This document shows, one piece after another, positions 1 through 10,553 of a DNA stretch of 33,839 bases. The stretch is from sequence record SRR22947727_2248; one strand, written 5' to 3'. Numbering within the stretch: the first letter of the stretch is position 1; the number at the start of each line of letters is the position of its first letter. The notes beneath the pieces were generated by a model. The model was not told the DNA's origin, did not search any database, and worked only from the letters and a program-made list of their open reading frames with translations. The position numbers and the translations under genes were made by a program.

Positions 1-72
1 AAAAGCCAATATATAGGTCAGATGGATTTTGGCCACGTTGGCCCCTTGGTGAAAGAAAAGCTGACGGCTTAG
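1..72 (+). CDS. 3' end of GatB/YqeY domain-containing protein (partial, runs off window)
   Basis: Frame 1 reads KSQYIGQMDFGHVGPLVKEKLTA* (TAG at 70-72). This resembles the GQMDF..VG..VK..L C-terminus of Rhodobacteraceae YqeY proteins, which usually lie convergent with DUF2244-ctaD. Not in the ORF track. Confidence 0.7.
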   Translation, partial: KSQYIGQMDFGHVGPLVKEKLTA

Positions 73-822
73 AGAAAGCCCGAGTGGGTTTTATCAAGCT
101 GCGGGGAGCAACTTATCAGGAACCGCTTCACAAAACGTTCTTTGAAATTGCCTTGGTTAGGGCGGCACTTTTATGATGCTTTCGTCAGTCATTGAAAGCG
201 AATAACCTTTGAATCATAAACTTGGGATAAAAATGTTTATTTATTAGGCCTTAATTTGTGAATGTTACTTTCTGCCAGTTTTATTGCGATTTTTTGGGTT
301 GTTGCTATCATTCAAAATTTACCTTGTTTTAGTCTTAGTGCTTTCACCTCTACTCTTGTAACGAACTTTTGCAGCCTATAGCTAAAATTATTTAAAGCTT
401 GTCTGTTAACTCTGTGAACCCAGCTTTTTATTAAGCATTATTGTTAACATAAACCACGTGCAAACTATACAGAGAAAACTTTAAGAGCTCTAAAAAAATC
501 GGTTTTTAGTATTTTATACATAGTAAAATTTATTTAACTTAATATCGCGAATTGAGTTTATGTGGTTAAAAAAAATACCTTCAACAACTTACTGAGTTGC
601 AACTAAATTGTCATGCGCATAACTTTATTTATCTACTGGAGTACATTTGTTAAGCTAATATAGTATGAGCGAGGGGTAATACCTGCTGTAAGTAAAGCCG
701 GAGACATTACGCCTTTCCTCAGTGTAGATCGATAAAACGATTGTGGGGACCTGAAAAGTTCAACTTTTTTGGTGAAAAGAAGCTTAAAATAGACATGTGT
801 GAAAATAATCCTCTGAGGCCAA

Positions 823-1635
823 ATGATTACAGAAATTATTATAACGACATTTCAAAAACCAAGGCATTTGGCGACTGTGTTGCAATCTCTCCTAAAGCAG
901 CATTGTTTGCCAAATATAATCTGTGTTGCCGACGATGGTTCAGATTACAATACAGAAAAAGTTATCCAAAATTTTCGGTTTGCAAACCCGAGCTTAAATA
1001 TTCGTCACATATGGCACGAAAACCTTGGGTTTCGAAAAACCCGTATTCTCAATGATGCGGTGCACTCTAGCCAAGCTGATTACATAATTTTTACCGATGA
1101 TGATTGTGTAATGCATCCTACGTTCATCTCAAGGCACTTGAAATTAGCTAAGGAGGGTCATTTTGCAACTGGCTCAGCAATACGGCTAACAAAATTTTTA
1201 TCAGATAAAATTCTCGATCAGGGCGAACTATCCTGGTCCGAACTAGGGAGACCGCTGGAATGGCAACCGAGGTCATTTTCAGAAAAATTAAAATCAATGC
1301 CCTTTGATCAACGGGTCATGGGTATATTAGATTATTTATCGCCAGTGCGTTGCTCTTGGGCTGGCGGAAATGCGTCTACATTTAGAAAACATATTTTGAG
1401 AGTTAATGGTTTCGATACAAAAATGGCGTATGGTGGAGAAGATAAAGAGTTTGGTGTCAGGCTGACTAATTTAGGGATTAAAGGACGCCACTTGAGATAT
1501 ACGGCACCGATTTATCACCTCCATCATGAGCGAGGTTATGTTAAGAAAAATCAGCTTCAAAAGAATCGAGAGATATTGAAACAGACACGCGCCTCAAATA
1601 AAATTGTTACGGAGAATGGCATTTTTCCTATGTAG
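823..1635 (+). CDS. Glycosyltransferase family 2 (with C-terminal galactosyltransferase-like motif)
   Basis: IIITTF start, VADDGS, FTDDDC (DxD), NGFD...YGGEDKEFGVRL and YHLHH motifs. AT-rich codon usage. Confidence 0.9.
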   Translation: MITEIIITTFQKPRHLATVLQSLLKQHCLPNIICVADDGSDYNTEKVIQNFRFANPSLNIRHIWHENLGFRKTRILNDAVHSSQADYIIFTDDDCVMHPTFISRHLKLAKEGHFATGSAIRLTKFLSDKILDQGELSWSELGRPLEWQPRSFSEKLKSMPFDQRVMGILDYLSPVRCSWAGGNASTFRKHILRVNGFDTKMAYGGEDKEFGVRLTNLGIKGRHLRYTAPIYHLHHERGYVKKNQLQKNREILKQTRASNKIVTENGIFPM

Positions 1636-1966
1636 GCTAATCATAGTTTTCCGTTTTGAATGTTTATAAGATAAACACTTGTCCTCTTCTTAATCATTTA
1701 CGACTAATGTTTCTGTTTTGGCTGGTAACTTGATTAGTTTCTCGGAACACTTCATACTTTTTTAGGGCAGGTGCATACGAGGTAATTTTATATTATGTAT
1801 AAATTAGTTATGTCGTGTACAAGTACTAGCCTATCAAGGCTATTTCTAGGTCTCATTTGAATAATGTAATTAGAAGGTTTGCCTGCAATCTGCAATTTGC
1901 TTTATTGAAGTTTCTTAGGGGCTTTAGCTGCGTGCATAACCATATTGTTTATTCATATTCAGGTTA

Positions 1967-2464
1967 CTAAGGATTGTGATAGCTGGCCAGGGCAGATTTT
2001 AATTCCTTAAAAAGCGATTTACGTTCGTCTTCGCTTAAAAAAGCTCCGATCTCAACCTCTCTTCCATTTCCGCTCAGGGTCACGTAATTGCGAAGCGGCC
2101 CTTCGGTGCCGTATAAATGCGCCTGTGCCCAATATCCGTTACACTCCCATGATTTGATCTCGCCCTTTGGCTCTTGGCGCACCAAACGCAAATTATCGGC
2201 GGTGAAGCTTAATTGTTCTAATATCTGGCTGTCAAAATAGTTGCGCCGCAACGCCCACCAGATTGCCCAAACGGTGAGCATTAAAAAGGGGAGTAGGGCC
2301 CAAAATAGTTTTGTGCCCAGCAATGCGTAAAGCGGGAGCGTGATCAAGATGAAGGTCGTCATGATGAAAGCGGCAAAGCCCTGTGGCGGCAAAGACCGAT
2401 GCGGCCACAGCTCCAAGGCGGCGTGCGCTTTATCCTCTGTCTGTTCTAACCAAATATATGGCAT
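1967..2464 (-). CDS. DUF2244 domain integral membrane protein
   Basis: LWPHRSLPPQGF, two TM helices and REVEIGAFLSEDERKSL. Start moved to MPYIW (ATG at 2464). Usual neighbour of ctaD. Confidence 0.85.
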   Translation of the reverse strand: MPYIWLEQTEDKAHAALELWPHRSLPPQGFAAFIMTTFILITLPLYALLGTKLFWALLPFLMLTVWAIWWALRRNYFDSQILEQLSFTADNLRLVRQEPKGEIKSWECNGYWAQAHLYGTEGPLRNYVTLSGNGREVEIGAFLSEDERKSLFKELKSALASYHNP

Positions 2465-2687
2465 TTCACCTACCCATCTCTCACCTTTCAAGTTATTGCG
2501 CGTATATGCAAAGAAAAGGGTCTGGCTGGATTTGCGTTTAAAAAACCCATCTAAATGCGTTTATTTGGCGCGCTTTTATCAACAAAACGGGTCGTCTTCA
2601 TCAATCGCCATAAGAAGGCGTGGATCATTTGCCCCTTTGGACAGAAACGATCAATTTATATGGGCCATTTACCAACGCATTGGATAT

Positions 2688-2740
2688 AAAAAACCCCCGC
2701 CTTTTGAGCTTATATAAGCAAAGGCGAGGGGTGTTTTTTT
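2688..2740. terminator. Intrinsic (likely bidirectional) terminator downstream of ctaD
   Basis: AAAAAA-CCCCCGCCTTT...AAAGGCGAGGGG-TGTTTTTTT: GC stem with an A-tract on one side and a T-tract on the other, about 35 nt past the ctaD stop. Confidence 0.75.
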
Positions 2741-2775
2741 AGAGGCGCGATCGCACCAATATCAGCCCATTTTTG

Positions 2776-4449
2776 TTAATGGCTGGGGGCTTTGTCCCAA
2801 TCTTCCTGCTTCGGCAGGATTTCAAACGTGTGCTCTGGAGGCGGTGAGGGAAGCGTCCATTCCAGCGTATCAGCATATTCGTTCCAATAATTATTCTCGG
2901 TCACTTTCGCCCCGCGCAGCAGCGAATAGGCAATGATACCAAAGAAGAAGATGAATGAGGCGAAAGACAGGAATGCCCCCCAGCTCGACCATTGGTTCCA
3001 ATAGGCAAAGGCTTCCGGATAGTCGATATAGCGACGTGGCATACCCTGACGCCCTAGGAAATGCTGAGGGAAGAAGGTTAGGTTTGAACCTATGAACATC
3101 ATCCAGAAATGCAACTTCCCTGCCCATTCGGGATAAGCACGCCCCGTCATCTTTCCAAAATAATAGTAAATACCAGCAAAGATCGTAAAGACCGCTCCCA
3201 GGCTCATAACATAATGGAAATGTGCTACGACATAATAAGTGTCATGATATGCTCGGTCCACACCAGCTTGGTCCAGAACGATTCCCGTGACACCACCCAC
3301 TGTGAACAGGAACAAGAAGCCAAAAGCCCATAGCATAGGTGTTTTAAACTCGATCGAACCGCCCCACATTGTTGCTATCCAACTAAACACTTTAACGCCT
3401 GTGGGTACCGCAATCACCATAGTTGCCAGCATGAAATAGGATTGCTGCGTCAGTGACATGCCGACGGTGTACATGTGATGCGCCCAGACAACAAACCCCA
3501 AAGCACCAATCGCGATAATCGCCCACACCATGGGCAAATAGCCAAATACGGGCTTGCGCGAAAAGGTTGAAATCACGTGGCTAATCAAGCCAAACCCGGG
3601 AAGGATGATAATGTAGACTTCTGGATGGCCAAAAAACCACAAGATATGCTGGTAGAGAATTGGATCCCCGCCACCGGCAGGATCAAAGAAGGTTGTGCCG
3701 AAGTTCCGATCAGTTAATAGCATGGTTATCGCTCCAGCAAGAACTGGGAGTGCCAATAAAATTAACCAGGATGTGACAAAAATTGACCACGAAAACAAAG
3801 GTACCTTGAAGAGCGTCATTCCAGGAGTGCGCATATTCAAGAACGTCGTTATCATGTTTATGGCACCAAGTATTGAAGAAGCGCCCGATACGTGCACCGC
3901 GAAGATCGCAAGATCCATCGACATGCCGCCCTCATTTACCGACAATGGAGGATACAGTACCCAGCCCACACCAGCTCCCATTTGGTCATTGCCGCCCGGT
4001 GCCAAAACCGAGCAGATTGCGAGGGTCGTACCCGCCACATACAACCAGTACGATAAGTTGTTCATGCGGGGAAACGCCATATCCGGCGCTCCTATTTGCA
4101 ACGGCATAAAGTAATTGCCAAAGCCGCCGAACAATGCGGGAATAACCACAAAAAACATCATCAAAATGCCGTGGCCTGTAATCAGCACGTTCCAGAGGTG
4201 GCCGTTCGGAGTACAAACCACGGTGGGGTCAGCGAACATTCTGGCGCCTTCGAGGCACATGTATTGAACGCCGGGCTCCATTAATTCAAGCCGCATGTAA
4301 ACGGTAAAGGCAACTGCTATGAATCCTACGAATGCCGACGTAATCAGATAGAGGATTCCAATATCTTTATGATTCGTTGACATAAACCAACGCGTGAAAA
4401 ACCCTCGTTGATCTTCATGTTCGTGGCCATGAATGGCTGCATCTGCCAT
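2776..4449 (-). CDS. ctaD: Cytochrome c oxidase subunit I (aa3 type, A1 family)
   Basis: [52 protein letters not shown] and GMPRRY motifs. GGAGG RBS upstream. Confidence 0.98.
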   Translation of the reverse strand: MADAAIHGHEHEDQRGFFTRWFMSTNHKDIGILYLITSAFVGFIAVAFTVYMRLELMEPGVQYMCLEGARMFADPTVVCTPNGHLWNVLITGHGILMMFFVVIPALFGGFGNYFMPLQIGAPDMAFPRMNNLSYWLYVAGTTLAICSVLAPGGNDQMGAGVGWVLYPPLSVNEGGMSMDLAIFAVHVSGASSILGAINMITTFLNMRTPGMTLFKVPLFSWSIFVTSWLILLALPVLAGAITMLLTDRNFGTTFFDPAGGGDPILYQHILWFFGHPEVYIIILPGFGLISHVISTFSRKPVFGYLPMVWAIIAIGALGFVVWAHHMYTVGMSLTQQSYFMLATMVIAVPTGVKVFSWIATMWGGSIEFKTPMLWAFGFLFLFTVGGVTGIVLDQAGVDRAYHDTYYVVAHFHYVMSLGAVFTIFAGIYYYFGKMTGRAYPEWAGKLHFWMMFIGSNLTFFPQHFLGRQGMPRRYIDYPEAFAYWNQWSSWGAFLSFASFIFFFGIIAYSLLRGAKVTENNYWNEYADTLEWTLPSPPPEHTFEILPKQEDWDKAPSH

Positions 4450-4515
4450 AATTGCCTCCTAATTGAGTTATTGTGGTGGAATTAAACAGTTTGATAATTC
4501 CTTGGCTTAGGCCTG

Positions 4516-4561
4516 CTTTTAATGCGCATTTGCGGGCTCGGCAATGTATGACTTTGCCGCA
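4516..4561 (-). promoter_or_regulatory. Putative sigma70 promoter of ctaD with an overlapping inverted repeat
   Basis: Minus strand TTGCCG-N17-TAAAAG (plus 4544-4516). CGGCAA-N9-TTGCCG inverted repeat at 4539-4559 that includes a TGCGGC RegA/PrrA-like half site. Confidence 0.35.
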
Positions 4562-4634
4562 GGGTGGGAAAAAATGACGCGCCCATATGCGGCCTGTGGT
4601 GTCTTACCCTCTCTGGGCCCGTTTTCCGCCGTGT

Positions 4635-5294
4635 TTATAGTGTCAAAAACTGTTTTTCAAACTGGTCTTTTAGAGCCATATCAAGATCTGCCATGCTCAC
4701 GGGAAGCCCAAGATCCACCAAACTTGTTACGCCATATTCGCGAATGCCGCAGGGTATGATCCCCTCGAAATGCGATAAATCGGGATCAACATTGATCGAG
4801 AGCCCGTGAAACGACACCCATTTTCGGAGCCTTATTCCGATCGCGGCGATTTTATCTTCTTGGCGCAACCCTGCGGGCGTTAAAGGCTTTTCCGGTCGAT
4901 CAACCCATACGCCAATACGACCATCGCGTATCGCCCCTTGCACGTTAAAGCAGGCCAAAGTGGAGATCACCCATTGCTCTAGCTTTTGCACAAATGCACG
5001 CACATCCTTGCCATGCCGGTTTAAATCGAGCATCACATAGACAACCCGTTGGCCCGGCCCATGATACGTATATTGCCCACCGCGTTTACTGGTGAACACA
5101 GGAAATCTGTTCGCATCAATCAAATCTTTATGGTTTGCGCTGGTCCCTGCAGTGTAAAGCGCAGGGTGCTCAACCAACCAAATGGCTTCCGGGGCATCGC
5201 CTTTGGCGATGGCATCGGCGCGCGCTTCCATAATCTGCACGGCCTGCAGGTACCCGGTCAGCCCCTCATTAATGTTCCATTCAATTGGCCGCAT
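4635..5294 (-). CDS. lipB: Lipoyl(octanoyl) transferase
   Basis: [37 protein letters not shown] and IIPCG motifs. Confidence 0.97.
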   Translation of the reverse strand: MRPIEWNINEGLTGYLQAVQIMEARADAIAKGDAPEAIWLVEHPALYTAGTSANHKDLIDANRFPVFTSKRGGQYTYHGPGQRVVYVMLDLNRHGKDVRAFVQKLEQWVISTLACFNVQGAIRDGRIGVWVDRPEKPLTPAGLRQEDKIAAIGIRLRKWVSFHGLSINVDPDLSHFEGIIPCGIREYGVTSLVDLGLPVSMADLDMALKDQFEKQFLTL

Positions 5295-5341
5295 TGTCTC
5301 TTATGGCTTTGATTTGCTATCCTATTTGATCTACCTTTGGA

Positions 5342-5968
5342 TCACTGTTTTTTCAACCAAAGGCGTCTTAAATCATAATCCATTAAAAAATCGACGATTT
5401 CGTTGTTTTCTTTGACGGAAACGAATGGCGCATTGCTGTCAGAAACTAATTTGAACGCGTCTTGTGTCGTGTTTTCAATATCTATTTCTGGCATGCCATC
5501 GCTGAGAGACTTTAGCGATTCATAGGCTTCTGTATTCTTCGCCATAGTTTCCATCAAACGGCCTTTGGCAGCTGCCAAAATCGAAAGGATTCCGACGAAT
5601 TTCCCATCAACTTCGATCGGAAGGTTGCGAAAACGTCCAACGATCATTATTTTCAAGGCGTCTATGCAAAGCATCTCCGGCGTTCCAGTCTTTGGATTTT
5701 CCGTCATTACGGCATCTACGGTAAGGTTTTCTGTGATCACGCGATGCGTACCCATATATAATACGATATCACGCCCGGTGACGATGCCGACCACTTGGTT
5801 ATTTCCGTCCACCACCGCGAGGCTTGCCTCGCGCGGGTCGGATAACGTGACGATCATATCCAAAACTTTATCGGTTACTTTGCAGTGTAACGGGATATCC
5901 GATGTATCTTGCGTATACCAATCTGCAACTTTGCTTCGTTTTCCGGCAAAATAGTCTTTGATCTTCAT
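5342..5968 (-). CDS. CBS domain-containing protein
   Basis: VVGIVTGRDI, VMTENP and FRNLPI..GKFVGILSI form a CBS pair, plus a third CBS-like segment. ATG at 5968 is preceded by GAGGG; the ORF track extends to 6007. Confidence 0.8.
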   Translation of the reverse strand: MKIKDYFAGKRSKVADWYTQDTSDIPLHCKVTDKVLDMIVTLSDPREASLAVVDGNNQVVGIVTGRDIVLYMGTHRVITENLTVDAVMTENPKTGTPEMLCIDALKIMIVGRFRNLPIEVDGKFVGILSILAAAKGRLMETMAKNTEAYESLKSLSDGMPEIDIENTTQDAFKLVSDSNAPFVSVKENNEIVDFLMDYDLRRLWLKKQ

Positions 5969-6234
5969 GGGGCCGCCCTCTTTTACTCTGTTTGCAATAG
6001 AATACACGCCACATCCCGCTAATCAACGCATAATACGGCGCGGCCTTTGCCCTCCCCTGGCAATTACGGATATACCTCTACCCTTGCTGAAAAACGAGGC
6101 AAGAAAGATTTGTTTGAGATTAAGTGCGAACGTTTAGAGGCGCATTAAACTGGACGCATACCAGCTTCCGAATTTTGGTGCTAAAGCGCAGTCCGTGAAC
6201 TGTAATACTGAAAAATTCATGTTTTCGCAAAATT

Positions 6235-7098
6235 TTATAAAGTTTTTATCGCCGTCAAAATACCGCAAAGACGAAATATATATTTTAATCGTCGACGGCG
6301 AGACAGAATAACAAAAGGAGATAAAAGCTTTAATAAGGTTTGAAAGGCTGGTAGTGTTTTAGCAAAAGGCCGGGAGTGTTTTTTTCTTGTGTAGACCCAT
6401 GAGAACCCCCAATTCCAATTCTTAATTTTTTCACTTTTAGGTGAAAAATTTGAAGACGCCCCCCCCTCATGTTCGACTCTCACGTTGTGGATTAACATAA
6501 GTGGTCCGGATGCGTTGGAGAGCCTCAGACTTAAATCGTCATCTTCAAAAAAAAGGAAGATTTTTTCATCAAATCCACCAATTTCGTGAAATTTTTTTGC
6601 TATGACAAAAAAAGCGGCACCGGATAAAATCGGTACCAAACAATCTTTGGCAGGTGGTGACTTTTGTACCCAAAATTTAGAGTCGATAAGGGAACTTTTG
6701 CGTTTAAATGAGAGTTTTCCTCTGCTGTTCTCAAATAAAGGATTTGCCGCTACCATCTCAGGATATTTAGTCGCCGCCGACAAAAGCTTTTCAATTGTAT
6801 CGGTTTTTAAGCGACAATCCGGATTTAAAAATAAAATGAATTCGGTCTTTGAAAGATTTGCTCCAATATTGCAGGCGGCTCCAAAGCCGGTATTGCTTTT
6901 ATTGTATACGATATTTGTCATAGGGCGTTTGCCTAAGTACGGCAGGGCTTCTTTATCTGAAGACGCATTATCTACAATTACAACCGGTGTTTCATTGGGA
7001 ATACTAGCTAACATAGGCTTTAAAAGTTTTGAGCTATTGTACGAAACTGTCACTATGGTAACGTCAGATAACTTATAGTTGTTCAAAACAAAGTTCAC
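6235..7098 (-). CDS. Glycosyltransferase family 2 (rhamnosyltransferase/WbbL-like)
   Basis: VTIVTVSYNS, VDNASSD, NTGFGAACNIG, LFLNPD, GGFDEKIFLFFEDDDL and H.GGAS motifs. AT-rich. Confidence 0.9.
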   Translation of the reverse strand: MNFVLNNYKLSDVTIVTVSYNSSKLLKPMLASIPNETPVVIVDNASSDKEALPYLGKRPMTNIVYNKSNTGFGAACNIGANLSKTEFILFLNPDCRLKTDTIEKLLSAATKYPEMVAANPLFENSRGKLSFKRKSSLIDSKFWVQKSPPAKDCLVPILSGAAFFVIAKKFHEIGGFDEKIFLFFEDDDLSLRLSNASGPLMLIHNVRVEHEGGASSNFSPKSEKIKNWNWGFSWVYTRKKHSRPFAKTLPAFQTLLKLLSPFVILSRRRRLKYIFRLCGILTAIKTL

Positions 7099-7664
7099 TT
7101 TCCAATTTGAAAATATTTTTCGCTTTCGGCGTCCATGCTGTGTTTATCGGCAACTTCACAGTATTCACACACACGGTAAGAATAGAATTTATTTTTAAAT
7201 GAAAAAAGAGGCTAATATTTACCATCCAGCTGTGACCAACTTGTACTGTTTTTATGGCGTGGTCCCATTTGCTCAATCGCGCTAAGCCAAATTCGAATAG
7301 GCTCATGATGGAATTCATAACTGGCTTGGGATTTTTGCGCAATATTTTGGAATCACTGATCTAATTATTGTAATATTTTCTTAAGCGATTAAATCTTCCT
7401 ATTAGTTGGGGCGTGCTTTTCAGTTAGTAACGAATTTCCTTCACTGCATAAGGCGTTTCACTTTAGACGACAAAGGCAGATTTTTCGAAAGTATTTTCAG
7501 ACTTTTCAAACTACTTACATTCCTCAAAACTAAAAATAGGTTGTATATCCCACTTCTAGGTAACATCCTTCGCCTTAGATTGAGCCACAACGTATCGTAG
7601 ATCGAGTTAGTCATTGAATTGATGCTGTGCAACCTATCGCAAGTGTTTTCAAGCTTGAGCTACA

Positions 7665-8429
7665 TTAATTGTTCTGCAGTCTTTTCAGTTTGTCAGGCGA
7701 AGCAAAGCAGATTACGTTGTCTTGACGCTCAAGTTTCACAAAACCAATCTTTTCCAGTTCGGCAACCAGTTTTTGGTTTGAGTTTTCTCCATCATCGTAA
7801 AAAGCAGGATGTGTTTCAATAATAATTAACTCGACTCGTTCTAAGTTTTTATGTTCATTCCGTATAAGGTCCACTTCTGCGCCCTCGATATCACAGATTA
7901 ATGTTATCGGACCATCAGGAAAACCTTTTAGAAGAGAACCAAGTGTCGCCGCCGGGATCGAAAAGCCTAATTCTCCAGCCTTAGCTAGGCGTCCAACATG
8001 CGCATTGGATCCCCTGACAAATGTAACTTGCTTTGCCCCTGAATAGTCGATGGCAGCATTTATCACCTGTGATTTGTTTTTTGAGCTCTGTAAATTTGCA
8101 TTTTTCAAACAAATTGGCGTTAAAGTTGGGTCGGCTTCTACTATAATATGCTTGGCCCTTTCTCCTATTTTCCGTTTAATAAGTGACGATATAATTCCGT
8201 AACAACCTCCGAGTTCGAGAACATTTGAGCCAATTGAAACGTATTTATTTATTAGATTAGCTTCAGCTGCTTCATATGGTCGACCACGAGCTAGATTATA
8301 TCTAATAGATAAGTCAGCCGTAACAGGAATTTTAACATTCAATCCATATTGACAAAAAATCTCTGGATCTCGAGCTAGTATACTTCTGCACCATAGCCAA
8401 AGCCTTTTTTTATAAAATCTGAGTTTCAA
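7665..8429 (-). CDS. FkbM family SAM-dependent methyltransferase
   Basis: VLELGGCYG (SAM motif I), IVEAD, LICDIEGAE and IIIETH. TTG start is uncertain. Confidence 0.8.
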   Translation of the reverse strand: MKLRFYKKRLWLWCRSILARDPEIFCQYGLNVKIPVTADLSIRYNLARGRPYEAAEANLINKYVSIGSNVLELGGCYGIISSLIKRKIGERAKHIIVEADPTLTPICLKNANLQSSKNKSQVINAAIDYSGAKQVTFVRGSNAHVGRLAKAGELGFSIPAATLGSLLKGFPDGPITLICDIEGAEVDLIRNEHKNLERVELIIIETHPAFYDDGENSNQKLVAELEKIGFVKLERQDNVICFASPDKLKRLQNN

Positions 8430-8555
8430 ATTTTCACCCGCTACACTGTTTGTTGCATACGCGATGTTGTTTATTCTGTTTAATTAAAAAAGAAAATTAA
8501 ATATTTGATAGTTCCAATCTGCTCCGACGCAATACGCAATCAATTATTTTGATAG

Positions 8556-8880
8556 TGCAATGGTTTTGATTTTAAGGACAGGTTTGCTTTTTAGTAAATT
8601 CGCATCAGATTTATTATTATGCTAGTTTTCGTGTCCCTGCGCGCTCGAACTATGCCATGTCAGGAGCGCGTCTGTCGCCCGCAGTGTGCGGTCGCTTAAC
8701 ATTTTCGAAGTCCATTAAGTCGTCGGAGATCCTTTTGGCTTGAAAACCATTGAAAATCGCATGCAAATAGTCGGACTCTTTCTTCAGGGTGCAAACGCGT
8801 CGTTCTATAAAGATGGTATTTAGATACCAACCGCGCCCATCCATCTAGATTTTAATCTCAGCCTTTTTGGCCTCGTCTAA
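8556..8880 (-). mobile_element. Degenerate IS3-family element relic (3' part of OrfB transposase plus right end)
   Basis: Minus strand reads EAKKAEIKI*MDGRGWYLNTIFIERRVCTLKKESDYLHA...ENVKRPHTAGDRRAPDMA*FERAGTRKLA*. This matches the IS3 pattern ISMDG.GR..DN.FIER.W.SLK.E..YL....YN..RPHS.L...TP. In-frame TAGs at 8845-8847 and 8650-8652. The following ...AACCTGTCCTTAAAATCAAAACCATTGCA ends in CA at 8556 and resembles an IS3 right terminal repeat. Confidence 0.8.
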
Positions 8881-9401
8881 GAACACATCCACCATGTCAT
8901 AAATGGCTTATCGTTTTCGCGTACTCACTAATTTATAGTGCAACCGTCGCTTCGCTGCGATCTCATTAACCGTCCTCTCACCATGCATCGCCTCATAGGC
9001 TATAGTAGCTTAAGACTTGTCTGTAACGTTCTGTTTCTTTGTCGTTATCATATCCCTTTATTTGTGTTGTTTTCAATTTCGAGCATCTTACGAATGGTCC
9101 AGACTGAATGAGTTCGGCTACCAGTATCGCTAGTGATGCGCTTAAGTCTGGTCAGACAGAGCAACCAAGTCCAAATAGGAGTGGAAATTAAAGGGTGAAG
9201 TTAGCATTAAATTTTCCATTCAATCTCCGCACCATGTTTTGCCAATCGAAGAGAAGATATTTGATACTATCGTCCGGTTTTGTAGGAATTATCGCATGAA
9301 AACCAAGACAACACGATGGTAACAAACATTGCTCAAGGTCTTAGATCGTCAGCCTTCAAAGGGTTGATGTAAGTTGTTCAAAAAAATAGCTTGATATCGG
9401 T

Positions 9402-10379
9402 TTAGATTGTGAGCACCGTACTGCCCGTTGTTTGGCGGCTTTCCAGCGATCGATGCGCGGCGGCAACATCCTGCAATGCGAAGCGTTGGTCGATCCGGAT
9501 CTCGACCGCACCTGTGGTGACTTTATCGAATAAATGCCGGGCCATGGTTTGGCAGGTTTCATGCTGCGCGATATGGGTGAACACTGAGGGTCTGGTAATT
9601 TTCAACGATCCAAGCGGCGCAAGCTGCGCTAGGTCGAACGGGGGGGTCTTTCCTGACGAATTTCCGAATGTGATCATCATCCCGAATGGTCTCAAACAGG
9701 CGAGAGACTTGTCAAATGTATCTGCTCCGACCGAGTCCATCACCACATCAACGCCTAGGCCGTTCGTCAGTTTTTTAACCTCGTTTTGAAAGTCTTCACG
9801 TTGATAGTTTATGCAATACGCCGCGCCATGGTTCAGCGCACGTTGGCATTTTTCATCGCTGCCTGCAGTGCCGATCAACGTGATTCCTTCAGATTTTGCC
9901 CATTGGCAGGCGATCAAGCCCACCCCGCCCGCCGCAGCGTGGAACAGAACCGTATCGCCGGCTTTTAAGGGTGTGGTGCGGTGGAAAAGATATTGAACCG
10001 TCAGGCCTTTCAGCATCATTGCAGCGCCTTCTTCAAAGCTGATCGAGTCAGGCAAAACACAAACCTGATCTGCGGGCATAACGCGCATTTCACAATAGGC
10101 GCCGGCAGGGGCGTTGAACGCATAGGCGACCCGATCGCCCGCGTTCAGATGCGTGACATTGCTGCCAACCGCGTCAACAAGGCCGGCGGCTTCTGTGCCC
10201 AATGTATGCGGCAGGGGCATCGGGTAAAGCCCCGTGCGCTGATAGATGTCGATGAAATTCAAGCCGCAGGCTTTATGCGCAATGCGCACTTCATTCGGCC
10301 CCGGCTCACCAACCTGTTCTTGGATGACCTTTAATTGATCGGCCCCGCCAAATTCTTCTATTATGATTTTTTTGCTCAT
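9402..10379 (-). CDS. qor: NADPH:quinone oxidoreductase (zeta-crystallin/MDR family)
   Basis: GLNFIDIYQRTGLYP, LGTEAAG, LKGLT, HAAAGGVG and HRSLESRQTTGS. Confidence 0.92.
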   Translation of the reverse strand: MSKKIIIEEFGGADQLKVIQEQVGEPGPNEVRIAHKACGLNFIDIYQRTGLYPMPLPHTLGTEAAGLVDAVGSNVTHLNAGDRVAYAFNAPAGAYCEMRVMPADQVCVLPDSISFEEGAAMMLKGLTVQYLFHRTTPLKAGDTVLFHAAAGGVGLIACQWAKSEGITLIGTAGSDEKCQRALNHGAAYCINYQREDFQNEVKKLTNGLGVDVVMDSVGADTFDKSLACLRPFGMMITFGNSSGKTPPFDLAQLAPLGSLKITRPSVFTHIAQHETCQTMARHLFDKVTTGAVEIRIDQRFALQDVAAAHRSLESRQTTGSTVLTI

Positions 10380-10553
10380 CCTGAGGTCTCTTTTTTTGCG
10401 ATTACGCCTTATATTCTAGCATAGCTAGCGCCCATAACCATCCCGCGGCAAGGCTGTTCACGGGCAGGGGTGCGGTTCATTTCAAAAATGAGTGCTTTTT
10501 GTTCGTATTTAAAAGCTCAACGCCGCGCCCGCTTGCGGTTCTGATCCGCCCGG

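Noticed and set aside
400-660. Several TTAAC half-sites and GTAA-N7-TTAAC (523-538) as CtrA sites
   Set aside because: Expected by chance in very AT-rich DNA; no perfect site.
4488-4506. FnrL site upstream of ctaD
   Set aside because: Only a TTGAT half-site; the ATCAA partner is missing.
6047-6063. TTGCC-CTCCCCT-GGCAA hairpin resembling a cuckoo loop
   Set aside because: Single 5-bp stem with no partner hairpin or supporting context.
7100-7664. Short ORFs or a possible pseudogene between GT2 and FkbM; tRNA-like GTAGCTCA start on the minus strand
   Set aside because: No recognisable protein motif in the frames I read, and no cloverleaf or T-arm.
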